From: Tubiluchus corallicola
Lineage: Eukaryota > Animalia > Priapulida
Length of the DNA stretch: 64,000 nucleotides
Reading direction: 5' to 3'
Assembly: GCA_030141605.1 (NCBI GenBank)
Contig: JAQGDQ010000314.1
Coordinates: forward strand, 214,492-278,491
Each line of letters starts with the position of its first letter. The first letter of the stretch is position 1. Below are positions 1-12,217 of the stretch, one piece after another. A model generated the notes under the pieces. It was not told where the DNA came from and searched no databases. It saw only the letters and a list, made by a program, of their open reading frames with translations. The translations under genes and the position numbers were made by a program.

Positions 1-1559
1 GTAACGTACACAATCGAATTCCTCGTTTACCGACTGCTAAAGTTTTATTGTTGCCACCTTCCCGATTTTCTGTAAGTTTCCCAATAAGAAGTAGTCAAGA
101 TCAGGCGTTGATAAAATGCTAAGGAAGAGTGATTCCACTGAGATACATGAGAGAAGAAAAGAATTTGGAAATCTGAAAAAAAAACAAAAGTAAAATAAAT
201 GAGTAAATAAAATAAAATGAATTAACGCGTCCATTAAGACAGTACTTCATAGGAAGTATCTAGTTTTTCTCATTTTTATAGGTTAAATGTCAAAATCAAG
301 CAGAAAATGTTTATTTTTTCGACTTTCTTAGCAATAACGGCGGATAAGTGTGGAAAAATTTCTGTTTTAAGTAGCGTTTGTGTAGCATCCGGAATGTGTT
401 ATCTAGCTGCGGAATAGCTGCGAAATAAAAAAAATCAATAGGAAATACCCGCAGAAGAAAATGTCGCATAACGCAGGTCTGACAAACGGCTGCATTGAAA
501 ACAATATAAACCGATTTTATTTATTCCATAACCCCTCATAACTCATTCGCATTAGGGGTGCTACATAAATGTCACTTTACCGTGTTAAATTTACATACAA
601 ATTGGATAAAGATTCTTAGGTCCTATAGCATTTTTAAGAGGGACTTATTTTTTTTGTCCACTAGCCAACTTTCCCAAAAAGTATATAAACATAAAAGTCA
701 TTAATTTTTGTTGGGAGTTTATTCCTGGATAGATAGTTTGATCACTTCTGGTCTTCTTCAGCACCCAAAACTGTGTAATAGGAAATGCTGTCATGCTAGT
801 AAAATTGCAACGCTTCGAAACAAATACTCAATGAATTCATGCTTTCTGTTTGTAACTTCACATAACGAACCATTTAGTCTCTGTGCTTGCCGGATATGCA
901 GGGCTAAAAATTTTAATATCTGTTTTGAAATAAACAAAAAACACAAAAACACAAAAACTACAACCGTGATTGTTCTGTTCGTTTGTTTGGTTTATTTTCT
1001 ATTATCTGAGCGGAAATGCGCGTGTGCGTAAATGCGTGCATGGGCATGTTTTCAGGATTTTTTTTTCGAAAATATCTGTAATCGATTTACTATACTCACT
1101 GTAGTTGGCTTCTTCTAGTATTTTTGATCGCACTGCATAGAAACTGTTGTCTTAGTAACGAAATAACGACAGAAAAATAATGCAATACTGACATATAAAA
1201 TGACGTCATTCTGTGTCCATGTGCCTCTACTCATTTGAATTTGGTCGTGGATTTAACAATTTCTTCTTTATTATTCTGCTGCAATCTTCTACATTAACTT
1301 TGTTGCCTTATGTATGTCGGTTATGTATACGGGCAAATGTCATGATTAAAAAATAGTATGATTATATAATATTTAAATTTTAATGCACAGCACAAATGTG
1401 TGCAAACGTAAAAATTAAATAGATAACTGATATATAAGAACATAATTATTATTATACAGTAACAAAATCCATTAAGTGTCATCAGTTTCTTAACTTTCGC
1501 TAGGCGTACAAGTAAATAATAATTTTCGTTGTAGCTATTTTTACTGAGCTGCAAACAAT

Positions 1560-2720
1560 CTAATTTTCATGTGCCCCTGTTTTGGGGCAACATAGATCTT
1601 TCGCGTGTTTACGGGTTGACCTCAAGTAGGCATCGATCCATTTGTGCCATTTACTTGATCTGTCGTAACACGTATTCCACCACGTCCACGAGCCCACTGG
1701 TTGCAGTTGTGACTTGTACCATTCGTCAAGATCCTCGGTGCTCCCGTAGAAGATAATGTGAGCATTTTTTGATTTTTCAAATCCAGAATTTTTTGCTTCT
1801 TCGCTGTCCTTTTCAGTCACATCAGTAGCCCTTTTTGTTTGAAATTCGTCTTCTTTATATACAGGACTTTCATCGTATTCGTCCAACTTCTCCAGTTTAC
1901 TATCTGTTGCTGTTAAGCGCCGTGACATTTTCATTGTCTCCAAATTCTTCTTGGCAGAACTTTTCGCTTTTTCACTGCCCTTTTGAGTCACTTCAGTCAG
2001 ACTTTTTGTTTGAAGTTCATCTTGCAAATATATAGGGGTTTCATCAAGTTCATCTAGCTTCTCCAGTTTACCACCTTTTGCTATTGAGCTTTGTAACAGT
2101 TCCATGGCGTCGTGCATGGCGAAAGTATCTCCATGAAATGTATGCCGTCTTCTAGATGTTATAACTTTCCTGAACGCCACAAAATCATCGTCGTCATCCT
2201 CTGCTTTTGGTCTCTGTGATTTTTGCTGGACAGTTATATCCCTTTTAGAGAAGGGCTCTGCGGGAAGCGAATGCCGCTTCTTGGATTTTCCAACAACGAT
2301 TCCCTTGGACACCTTAAAATGCTCGGCTTTCAGTTTTTCCAGACGATGAGGGTCCTTGATGTTTTTCTTTAGCTGTGGTGATACATATTTAACGTTTTGG
2401 AACTCTTCATGCATTGTAGCAGCCGCTAAACGATCCCAGGATTTCAACATTTTCTCATCCGTTATCAGGGAACCATCGGCAATCTGGTACAGCTGGTCAA
2501 CATGACCACGAGTTAACGAAATCTTTTTGGAAATAATTTGCAAAATCATCTCTAGCGTTTCATGTTGATGAAATATCAGTTTAATAGGTGTGAAGAATTT
2601 GTCTCCATTCCTGTACACGAAAACTGGAATGGGTTCCGGAATGCGATTCACTCGTGATGGAACTAACTGTCCAGTTTTGCTGTGCTTGACCACTGGTAAG
2701 AGTGCGTCCTGCTCTGCCAT
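1560..2720 (-). CDS. Intronless doublecortin (DCX)-domain protein, 386 aa from ATG 2720
   Basis: The N-terminal segment VFVYRNGDKFFTPIKLIF...TLEMILQIISKKISLTRGHVDQLYQIADGSLITD...LAAATMHEEF matches the DCX domain pattern. There is an in-frame TAA upstream of ATG 2720 and no intron is needed. A ~38-aa segment is duplicated internally and the C-terminus is Trp-rich. Confidence 0.75.
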   Translation of the reverse strand: MAEQDALLPVVKHSKTGQLVPSRVNRIPEPIPVFVYRNGDKFFTPIKLIFHQHETLEMILQIISKKISLTRGHVDQLYQIADGSLITDEKMLKSWDRLAAATMHEEFQNVKYVSPQLKKNIKDPHRLEKLKAEHFKVSKGIVVGKSKKRHSLPAEPFSKRDITVQQKSQRPKAEDDDDDFVAFRKVITSRRRHTFHGDTFAMHDAMELLQSSIAKGGKLEKLDELDETPIYLQDELQTKSLTEVTQKGSEKAKSSAKKNLETMKMSRRLTATDSKLEKLDEYDESPVYKEDEFQTKRATDVTEKDSEEAKNSGFEKSKNAHIIFYGSTEDLDEWYKSQLQPVGSWTWWNTCYDRSSKWHKWIDAYLRSTRKHAKDLCCPKTGAHEN

Positions 2721-3639
2721 GTTTGGCTTTCTCAATTCTTCGAAGTTGAAAAGGTTGGATTAGAGACGTTGATGTAGCTTGTTTTGCTCAGAATTACTGA
2801 TTCCATTTTTCGTAGCTTCGCTTAGTCACTTTTTTCCAAGATTAATGACCTGTAATTCATTGGTGAGAACAAAGAAATTTGAGAATATTGGCTTGACTAA
2901 AACAAAGCTGACAAGACTTGCAGAATTATCCCCGATAATTAGCTAGATTCCTATCCAATTAAAACCATTAAATTAGGCCTATATTAGTAGGTCTAGAACT
3001 TGCTATTAATGCTGGATTTCGTCTTGCGTTCAGTATGGTATTCAGCGAAAGCTAAGAACCTTCTTTTTGGAGAGAGTATACTTACCGAACGTTGTTTTTA
3101 TAAAAAACTATTTCTGTTACGATGAGACACAGTACCGGGCAAAGGTGTCTTGGTCATCCTCTGATTTAAGGGAATGTGTGCAAACTATTCAGAGACAGTT
3201 TTCCAAGCAGACTTCCATTCACTTACAGAGCAGGACCAGCTTTGCTTAGCTTCGGTTGCTAAGCGTACTCTGTGACCTCTCCGCTATTTCATTTGTCTTT
3301 TGTAATTTCAGTTAAAAAACCAAAAAAGTAACTGCCGTGAACATGGGCTTAAGATTTTCGTGAGATGTTTGTTCCAAAAGAAAAACGGAAACGAAAAGAA
3401 AATGACCATTGTTGTCTTTGTCACAAAGCTTATGTTTAGCAATATTATTTGAATTCTTAGCATTCGTTATTTCATAATTCATAATCCGTAATAATTAATA
3501 GAGATTTAGCATATTTTGCTATTGATCCCTCTACTTTTCCGAACGCACTGTAAAAAACTAAAAATTTGTGAAGACGCCACCAGTGGAGGACTTCATGTCA
3601 TCTGTATATTAATTCATAACATTTATCTGCCAAAAGCAA

Positions 3640-5180
3640 AAGAAATGCACCGCATGGAAATCAGTTTACGATCATAAGATGGATGATATTCTTAATGACG
3701 GTTCTGTTAACAAAAGGTGAGCAAAAATCAGTTTCAGGATATGCAAGCTTCATTTAACAGAAAATGTTATTATTTCTCAGTTTTCAGATCATAAAGATAT
3801 TTTAAAGTGTTCCATTTCTTGGTTGTCATCTTTACCTTATGCTTATGGACTGCCTAAAATTCATAAGCCCAGGAAACCTACAATTATTTCCAATTGTGGT
3901 TCACCATGTTATACTAGGTAGGTTATTCAAATTCTTGGCTAAACACTGATCAGACAAAGTTGCTAGGTAGCTTTTCGGGTGCACACCTGGGACATAATTT
4001 AGATGTTATTGACAAACTTCGTAATGTAGTGCCAATAAAGTGGAATGATAAATAAAGATTTCTTTTAATGTTCAGTTACTCTTACAAATGTTTCTTCGGA
4101 ACCCACATTTAACTTTCTTCGGAGAATATTGTCAACTCTAGACTTTCATCTTCTTTTTCTAGTGAACGCTTTCTAAAACACGTGGAACTGGGTTGCGTGA
4201 GTTCTTTTTTTCAATTTTGGAAAAACTTTTATAAGCAAACATTTGTAGGCCGTAGGAAACCCCTTGACCCTTGTTCTTGCATATTTATTTCGGGAACATG
4301 TTGAAAGTACGACCAAAAATTTCGTAACGTTATGTAGATGATAGTTTGTGGTTAATTTCTACCGACTTTAATAGCCATTTGTTTTTCAACTGCTTGTAAT
4401 CTTTGTACCAACCCGTAACTTTACTTCTGAAGTTGAACAGAATAAAAAACACCGTTTTAGACGTACATATTCATAAACATTATGCACATTCAACGTTTTC
4501 AGTTTATCAGAAAAATACTAATGCTGAAACTTACCTTCACTCTTTCTGTTATACAGCAATTAATCTTAAATTCTCTGTTGGCTTGATTTATTTTTGAGAG
4601 CTATACGAATTTGCAATAAAAAAATTTTTACCAGAAGAGATGAGTCATATTTTTATTACTTTGAAAAATCTATCTCATCCGGATCACGCTCTGAGTAAGG
4701 CTAGAAGTCAACATTTTGCTTGGTTTCCAGAAGTAAACAATTCTTTACCTCGAAATGCTGTATCACAGAAATTTCCCATTGTTTCCATGTAACAGTACAA
4801 ACCGCACCTTACGCAGTTAATACTAGGTTGGTTTAATATAAATATGACTCAAAATTGATTTCTTTCAAAATAATTCTTACGATTTTAAAAATGTGGTGTT
4901 TACAAAACTAAGCTAAACTTGTGACAAACTTTATTTTGAGGAAATCGATAGAAATTTAGAAGTGCGATATAAAGAAGGCATACGCTTACAAAAACCTAAG
5001 TGCTTTGGCTATCCTTGTCACAGAAACAATTCACAACTTTAATAGAACAAAAAATGTTTATCCGGGTAGAAACATAACTAAAAAGCACATAGTAATTGTA
5101 AAAAATGCAAACTTGGCTTTAAGCCAAAATTTTTGCTGCACAGAACATATTTTAAAATAAAAATTTAATAAAATTTATTA
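3640..5180 (+). mobile_element. Degenerate Penelope-like retroelement (RT + GIY-YIG endonuclease relic)
   Basis: Hand translation gives YGLPKIHKP (3844-3870), IISNCGSP, FYKQ..GNPL..VLAYLF, RYVDD (4328-4342), LDV, SVYQKNT..TYLH, then GVYK..CDK..Y..E..R.L..RYKE (~4890-4976). Many frameshifts; boundaries approximate. Confidence 0.85.
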
Positions 5181-6289
5181 CGGTGCTTCTTTATGAAATT
5201 GGCCTCGTTATAAAAAGATTTTAAGAATGTTATGTACAGTAAGCCTACTAATTAAAGCAGCTAAAATACTAATCCATTGTTTAACCAAGAGATGTCGTGC
5301 TTGGGTAGTCGTATTATAAAATAGACCTTTAACCCCCCCCCCCCCAACTACCAACTAACTTCTCTCGGGCCTATTGATCTGAGGAGAATTGAAAAACTTG
5401 TGGTCTAGCCATCTAACTGGTCTTATAGCCCTCAACAGACATTAAGCGACCATTATAATGATAGTACACAAAAACAGTGGCAACAATATTTTTTGCCAAT
5501 TGCTCAGCAACATATCACAAAAAATAAGTGCTATCTTTTAATCTACCAACTTATTTTTAGGAAATAGTAGATCTACAAGGTTGTCAGACTTAATGTGAGT
5601 AATAAACATATTTATATTAGCCACTACAACACGGTATGGTGTAATGATCATAAAAGCTATAATTACGAGATACAAATGTACTCGAATATATTGCCGTACA
5701 TCCGGCTTGCGCAAAAAGGTTATAATTAAACCCATTTTCCAAAATTTTGCTATTTTTTGATATTTTTTCATTATGAGTTAAAAATGTGAAATGTAGGTGT
5801 ATGCATGGTCCTACTGAATAACTGAAAGTGCCAACTTTCTTCTCCGCATTAAGATATCAAATTTAAATACCTTTACTAAATCAAAAACAAAACTAATACA
5901 TACTGACTTTTTTGAAGACCGTATAAAGTGAAAATTCTTAATAGACCTAGATAACATTAAACAAAAAATAAGAAAGCTAATATAGATATAATCACCTCTG
6001 CAAGCTCACAAATTTATAAGCAATAAAATAAAGTTATAATAATGTGTTTTAACAATACAACGTAAAATAACATTTAGCGATGCATATTAACTAATAAGTG
6101 AATCTGCTAGAACTCCAAAGAGTTCTTTCCCAATACATTAATCCTTGCAGTTCGTTATACCCTATCCCATGCATTTAAAATATGCCATACATTTTTAAGT
6201 TTCTGCTTTGCATTCGTATACATATATAAAATCGCTATAATATAGATCTATAATAGTTTATTCAAGTACACTGCATTCCAAATTTTCTA

Positions 6290-6950
6290 ATGATATGCAA
6301 TTAGAAGTTTAGTCTAGTATGTAATGCATTGGTTCGTTCAAAAATTTTGGAGATTAGATATCCTATACATTTTTGGAAAGCTAAGGATCTGCCTCAACAT
6401 ATAAATTATCTTTCCTTTTTTTTCAAAATCAGCTTGGTAGCCATCTCAAAATGACACTTTCTAAATAATGATTTTTTGTCATATATTCACTGCAAGATAA
6501 GCTCCAGTTCCAGTGGTTAGTTCTTTCCTTGTGAACTGGACAAAGCAATGTATATACATGGGCAAAAGGGCTAAGATGTTGGGGGCAGGGCGGGGCTGTA
6601 CATTTTAACAACTTTCCAGGTGGTACCCCCATCTTCGTTATGGGTTGTAACTTTGTTTTCGCAGTTTCCAATCGAATATTTGAATTCTATCAATGCATGC
6701 TATTATATCTTGGCCATTAGCAATAACCTCATACATAATTAGGTTGCCAGTATCAGTAAGCTCCAATTCATGGCTATTAGGTTTGTGTTACAGTTTTTTA
6801 TGACCACAGCAGGTTTTAAAAAAACGAAAAGATACATTTTTAGATTCTCTAACGATTCCAAAAATGTATAGTTTTGCAAATCTCCAAAAAAAAAATAACG
6901 AAAATGCATAAGGAACTGGACTAATTGTCAACATTCAAACATTTTGCATA
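6290..6950. mobile_element. Degenerate non-autonomous DNA transposon bounded by ~60-bp imperfect inverted repeats
   Basis: ATGCATTGGTTCGTT..TTTTGGAGATT..CTATACATTTTTGGAA (6325-6378) is mirrored by TTCCAAAAATGTATAG..AATCTCCAAAA..AACGAAAATGCAT (6856-6909). No TSD resolved. Confidence 0.5.
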
Positions 6951-9246
6951 TGTATAAAATATATTATAAATTCCTGGTAATCGTAAGCTTTTGTAACGCT
7001 TATGGGATTTAGCATTAAAAGCTGATACACGATGGTGTATCATTGCTGACAGCTGCATCTCCCATTAAACCATTCTTCATTTTACTCCAAGCCAACAGGT
7101 TCCCACCACTATTATAGCAATACAAGAACAAATCTTGGATTTCTTCATTACTTAATATGTAGTCGTAAAAATTAAAGCCTGCAATCTTGCCCTGGAAAGC
7201 ATTTACCAGTTGGAAACTCCTGTCACCCCAGGTTTTAGCATACTGTCCTATAAACAAAGATCTGTTTACGGGCAAGAGGTAGTCGGTTAAATATCCTGTA
7301 TTCACGGAGTAAATCATCTGAGCGTCAACATGAAACTTGTAATTTCCTTCAAGATGGAACGCAGATGAAATGCCACTCATCATCCTGCACATGAACCACA
7401 TTACCCGGAGTACTCACGACACTGAAACACAAAACAAAAAACTCACACAGGTTCCATTATTATTGGTGAAGATGTTTTTTTCTGTTTTTTTTTCTGTTTT
7501 CACAATTCTTAATTTAATGCTAAAAAGTGGAAGTACACTAAAAGGCTGCTATAATCGCATATATTAATTCTCTTGCTATATATATATTTATATATATATA
7601 TATAAGATTCGAGGCTACAGCTCTGACGACGGCACCATTTGTGGTGATCCATACATCAAACGAATTATACAAGAATCTATATACGCACTGAAGAAAATTA
7701 AATATAGACGGTAAAGATGGCAGTTGGAAGCGCCATCAATACTACCACTGTGGTGCAAGTTTACAGATTCAGAGCTCCCTTGGTACATAGTAGTGTGTAG
7801 TAAGTAGTATGTTTAATTTGTCTGTGCACCCACACGTGGAAGTTAACATGAAAAAGTGACACACGCAACCAAAAGCGGTTAACATGATGTAATAATATAT
7901 CGTTTTTACCTTTTTAAAAATTTTTTTGAAAGGTTTTAGTGTAAAGCAAAAAAGACACTTATAGTTGCCGCCCTTTGTACGTGGGTTCAAATACTTGTTA
8001 TTTTGCTGTTAACATTGGACAACTGGCAGAGAAAAAATATTAGAACAAATTTAGATAAAACAGAAACATGGGCATGTTGCAGTGATGCTGTATTCTAGAG
8101 TTGAAAAGATAAAATAAATATAAGCCTATCGGGCTTTCTTCAATTAAAAAAGTGTTGTTGTAGCTTGGATCCACCTGCCTGTTTAATTTCTCACTTTAGA
8201 GAATCCTTCTTGATATTCCGACAGATTCCAATCCTGCCACACTCCATTAGCACAGTAACACACCCGTTCATTACTGGATTCCAGTATGCAGTTCCAATGT
8301 GTCAAACCTTTTTGAAAAAAGTAATGGTATGGGATGCCTGTGTCACACAACAACTGCACTGAGGACCTATACAACTTTTGCTAGTTTGTTTGATGTATTA
8401 TTATAGTCATTTCTAAACTCAGTTATAAAAGAAGCATGCCTTACTCTTTATAATACCCTCGATCATCTTCAAAAACAAGGTGTAGTTGAAAATTTGAAAA
8501 TCTGAAGTTAATGGTATCGTTGCCATTGTTCCAAGTCCAGAGCTGATGCTGGGCATAGCTTCCTGATCCAACCGTTGTCTTCAACCAACCACAAAATGAA
8601 AATGCTGAGGTTAAGTCGTTAGAAAAAATGCCATCTATCTGAATGTAGTCAGTTGTGCTCGGTGTAGGAAACTCCACTTCGTAGCATTCGTCTAAAATGA
8701 TCGTCAAATTATTGTTGCTTTCTTTTTTTAAATTAAGTCACAAGCAACCTGAATAGGCAATCTGAATATTGCTAATGACTCTCACGTGCGATTATACTTC
8801 AAAATTTTTTAGGACGGACGTTCTTCTTATTTGGTGTGGTAGATTTTTTTATTATTGTTGCATGTAGTTGGCAGAATTAGTATTTTGTGTGTTTGTGCAG
8901 TGCATGTGTAGTAATTTATCTTTTTTAGTCAATTACATGGCAATTTTAATGCTGAAATAAAAGGTGAATAGAACTGAATTTAATTGAAAAAAAGCCGTTT
9001 CACAGGTTTATCCAGCCAGCCAACATCATGCTGCTCAAACGATTTTAGTACAAAATGATTTGAAAACGTTTTCAATTTACTGGTTTTAAACCCCGTTTGG
9101 TGAAAATATTTTGAAAACATTTAGGCTGACATGAAAACACTCAAATCGCTTTGAATGTGGTTGAAAACGGTTTAAGAAATAAACCATTTCCACGTATTCA
9201 ATGTTTTTATTTACTTTTTTAATAAATTTAATAAATTATTTAATAT

Positions 9247-9615
9247 TGTACTGCAGGGCTGTGATGAGATGAAGTGTAATGCTGGCAGGGGAATACAGTA
9301 GAGTTCTCAGGTGTGCGTGTTAGTAAAAGCCACTAGACACGTGCATACCTGAGCTTATAAAAAGGGAAGGTCTGCCGTAGATCCTTGTCAGTGGTCGTGT
9401 CTTTCATCGCAGCTCTGTTCACATTTCACAGGCTTTGCCGCAAACTCCGTTCTTTTAGGTAAGCTATTTGTAATATTTAGTAATAAATTGTCATTTCGAC
9501 TTTATTATTCGGGTTCTGTTCTGGTTTGGCGTTGAGCGACTTAATTGAGACATGCCGCACGGTGTAGGCCGCGGTGCCATCCGTCCTGCCTCCGTTAAAA
9601 GCGGACAGCAGTCCA
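9247..9615 (+). mobile_element. Solo LTR (369 bp, 4-bp TSD, Gypsy-type by TSD length)
   Basis: ATAT|TGTACTGC...GCAGTCCA|ATAT gives TG..CA termini, a 7/8 terminal inverted repeat and a 4-bp direct repeat. It contains TATAAAA (~9357) and AATAAA (~9482) and is GC-richer than its flanks. Confidence 0.6.
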
Positions 9616-9835
9616 ATATCTTACATATATTATAGCTTTTAATTGCTAATAATTAGTAAAGCTCAAATGATTTAATTACCATTTAATTTACAGATACTTA
9701 TCATTTTTGTTGTCGTTGTAGCACATGATATTGTTTCATTTGTTCGCGTTGTTACATGTAGTTAAACGTAGAATTAATTATGATTTAGGCACAAAACAGT
9801 GCGCAGGCGCAGTATTAAACTAGAAATGATATTAA

Positions 9836-10330
9836 AGCAAAACCGGACGCAATCTTAAACTGTAGGTCAAAACAATCAACTCTTTAAAATATTGAAAGGA
9901 AACTATTTTTTCAAAAATGACATACGTGAAAGAATTAATACCACACAAACGCAATTTCACCTTCGCGCCATTAGTTCTTCGCTATTATATGCATTTCGTC
10001 ATTCGCTAGTTAGACGGACACTAGCGCCTACATTTCGGAAACACATTGCACAAAAACAGGTGCTGTACTTTTCAGTTCAGATGAGTTAGCTTCTGACGAA
10101 CTACACACGTTGGACAGCTCATGCATGAGCACAGCGGTAAATTTGATATTTGAATTTTTATCTTAAAACGTGCCTAGTTTTAGTGCAACACACTGAATAT
10201 CTTATAGTAGTGCTGTACTTTAATTTTCGCTTTCACAAACACGTGCAACACGCTCGTGGAATATTTTTGCTGTTGAAAAATATGTTAGTTTGTGATGTCA
10301 TCAATAGTCGGGCTCGCCCGCCGTAAATTC
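9836..10330 (+). mobile_element. Kolobok-like non-autonomous DNA transposon, copy 1 (3' truncated)
   Basis: Colinear similarity to 34660-35309 and 46510-47102; starts after TTAA (9832-9835). Confidence 0.7.
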
Positions 10331-11779
10331 AGTTTGAATTTAACATGCGTTTGAATGGTCATGAATGTGGTTTATAACAATACATTGTAACTAACGAATT
10401 GGCTGCGTGACCCAGTTGAACTTCGGAAGAAAATGTCAAGGCTTACTACGGACCACTACGGATCTAGCTGTTGGCAAATATGCATGTTGCTCACGTTATT
10501 CTTATGAAACGACAATATATAATCTCTGATTAAATAAACCCAACGAATGAGAATTGTTCTAAAATAAAGTTTGCGTTGGAATAATTATTGTTTTTTATAA
10601 TTTCCATTTTTTGACAGAACTTTTGCTATTTTCAGAACCTGATTCACGAAAAAGGTAAAAAAAGAAACAAATATTCTTGGATGATGTCCAGTGGTTGGTA
10701 AAGACGAAACAACTATTGTCCAAGTAGAATAAATCTATGACAATAATTGCACCTAACCAAACGGGGTGAATTGGCTAGTTCCGAGACAACATAACCTCTA
10801 CAGCAACCATTCACGAATGGTATTCAGATATTATGCTGATTCTTGTTATTATCGAGGCAAATTTATGAAAAACATCCTCATTCTAATACTGAGTACCACA
10901 TTTTTAATTGTTTATTCTTGTATAGCAGGATTAAACTTATATAGTAGGAGTTTGTGTGTTGACAGTCACATGCCAGTTGCCTGGAGAAGTGATACACTGT
11001 ACAAATTGTAACAACAAAATAAGTACCAATTAGTGATGTAAAACAGATAGTTTAAGAATAACTAGTTTTTTACGCCTAGTCTTTATTTACTATCACGTTA
11101 CTACAAGAGGCTATAGCATAAGTGAACATATAATCGCTAACAGCACTATTATAATACTTACCTTCTATGTAAGTAGCATTATGTAAAGTGAAGACTTTCT
11201 GTTGTGCCTAAAAATAATGTAGTATGATTATTTATAAATACTTATAAATGATTTATATATTTGCGTTTATATTTTATATATGTAGACATGTTTTTATAAA
11301 GTCAAAGTTGACAAACCAAAATGTATATACTGTATATAAATATATATGTATATAGTTATAAAACTTTGGTCACATCACAATTATTTTTTTACACTGAAGT
11401 AAAATCACGTTAAAAATAGCATTACCACTGGATTGCTATAGTAAGATCCAAACACTGAGCTGTCATTTGTTACGGCACACATATCGTAAGCTATGGCTGG
11501 AACCAAGTAACACAGGCGTTTATCTGCTCCCGTCTCTACTTCACTGAAACTGCGGCAATTTTCGATTTGGTAGCATACGTATGTAGTTAAAAAAATCGCG
11601 CGGTGCCTCAACTTTCAACTCTTTGAAAATCAGACTATAACTGCCCTTTTCGCCTCTTCGCTGTAACCATTTCTTCACCCAAACTTTTCTAACTCTTTCT
11701 TTATTAACTTTTCTAATCGCACAATAGACAATAAAGCACGTTTGCGTGTTGGCGCCGCAATTTGACTGAAAGACTTTAA

Positions 11780-12217
11780 CCCTTTCAGTCCCAAATTATT
11801 TTTTTAATAAGAAAAATTTTTTTGGCTTGGTACTTTTGTTCCAAATGTATCCTGTGGGATACAAAACATTTTTTGTCATATGCAAAAAACAAAGTCCGAC
11901 TTTTTTAAAAACACAACAAAAGCAAAAAAGTGCTTCATTTTGCGACTGCTGATAATTTTTTAAAGTATTTAAGACATTTGGTATGCATGCTATGCTGATC
12001 TGTACAAAGTCATCTCTAAAGTACTGTACCTTGCACAGTTTTTTGTGCTACGTAGATTTTTTAGTTTGCCATTTTATCACCATTTTTAGTCTATTGTTAT
12101 TGGCTTAAATCAAAATAACTATTAACAGATCAAAATAACTGTCAGTTTTAAAATTTTATTAATTTTAAAGGCAGAAAATATTCTTGTATCCCACGGGATA
12201 CAACGGGTATGATAGGG
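11780..12217. mobile_element. piggyBac-type MITE
   Basis: TTAA|CCCTTTCAGTCCC...GGGTATGATAGGG|TTAA, with inverted subterminal quasi-palindromes TGTATCCTGTGGGATACA (~11846) and TGTATCCCACGGGATACA (~12185). Confidence 0.8.

Noticed and set aside
3569-3595. Possible hammerhead ribozyme relic near the Penelope element (GTGAAGACGCCACCAGTGG), and a similar CTGACGACGGCACCATTTGTGGTG at 7623
   Set aside because: The conserved GAAA core strand is missing in both, so no ribozyme can be called.
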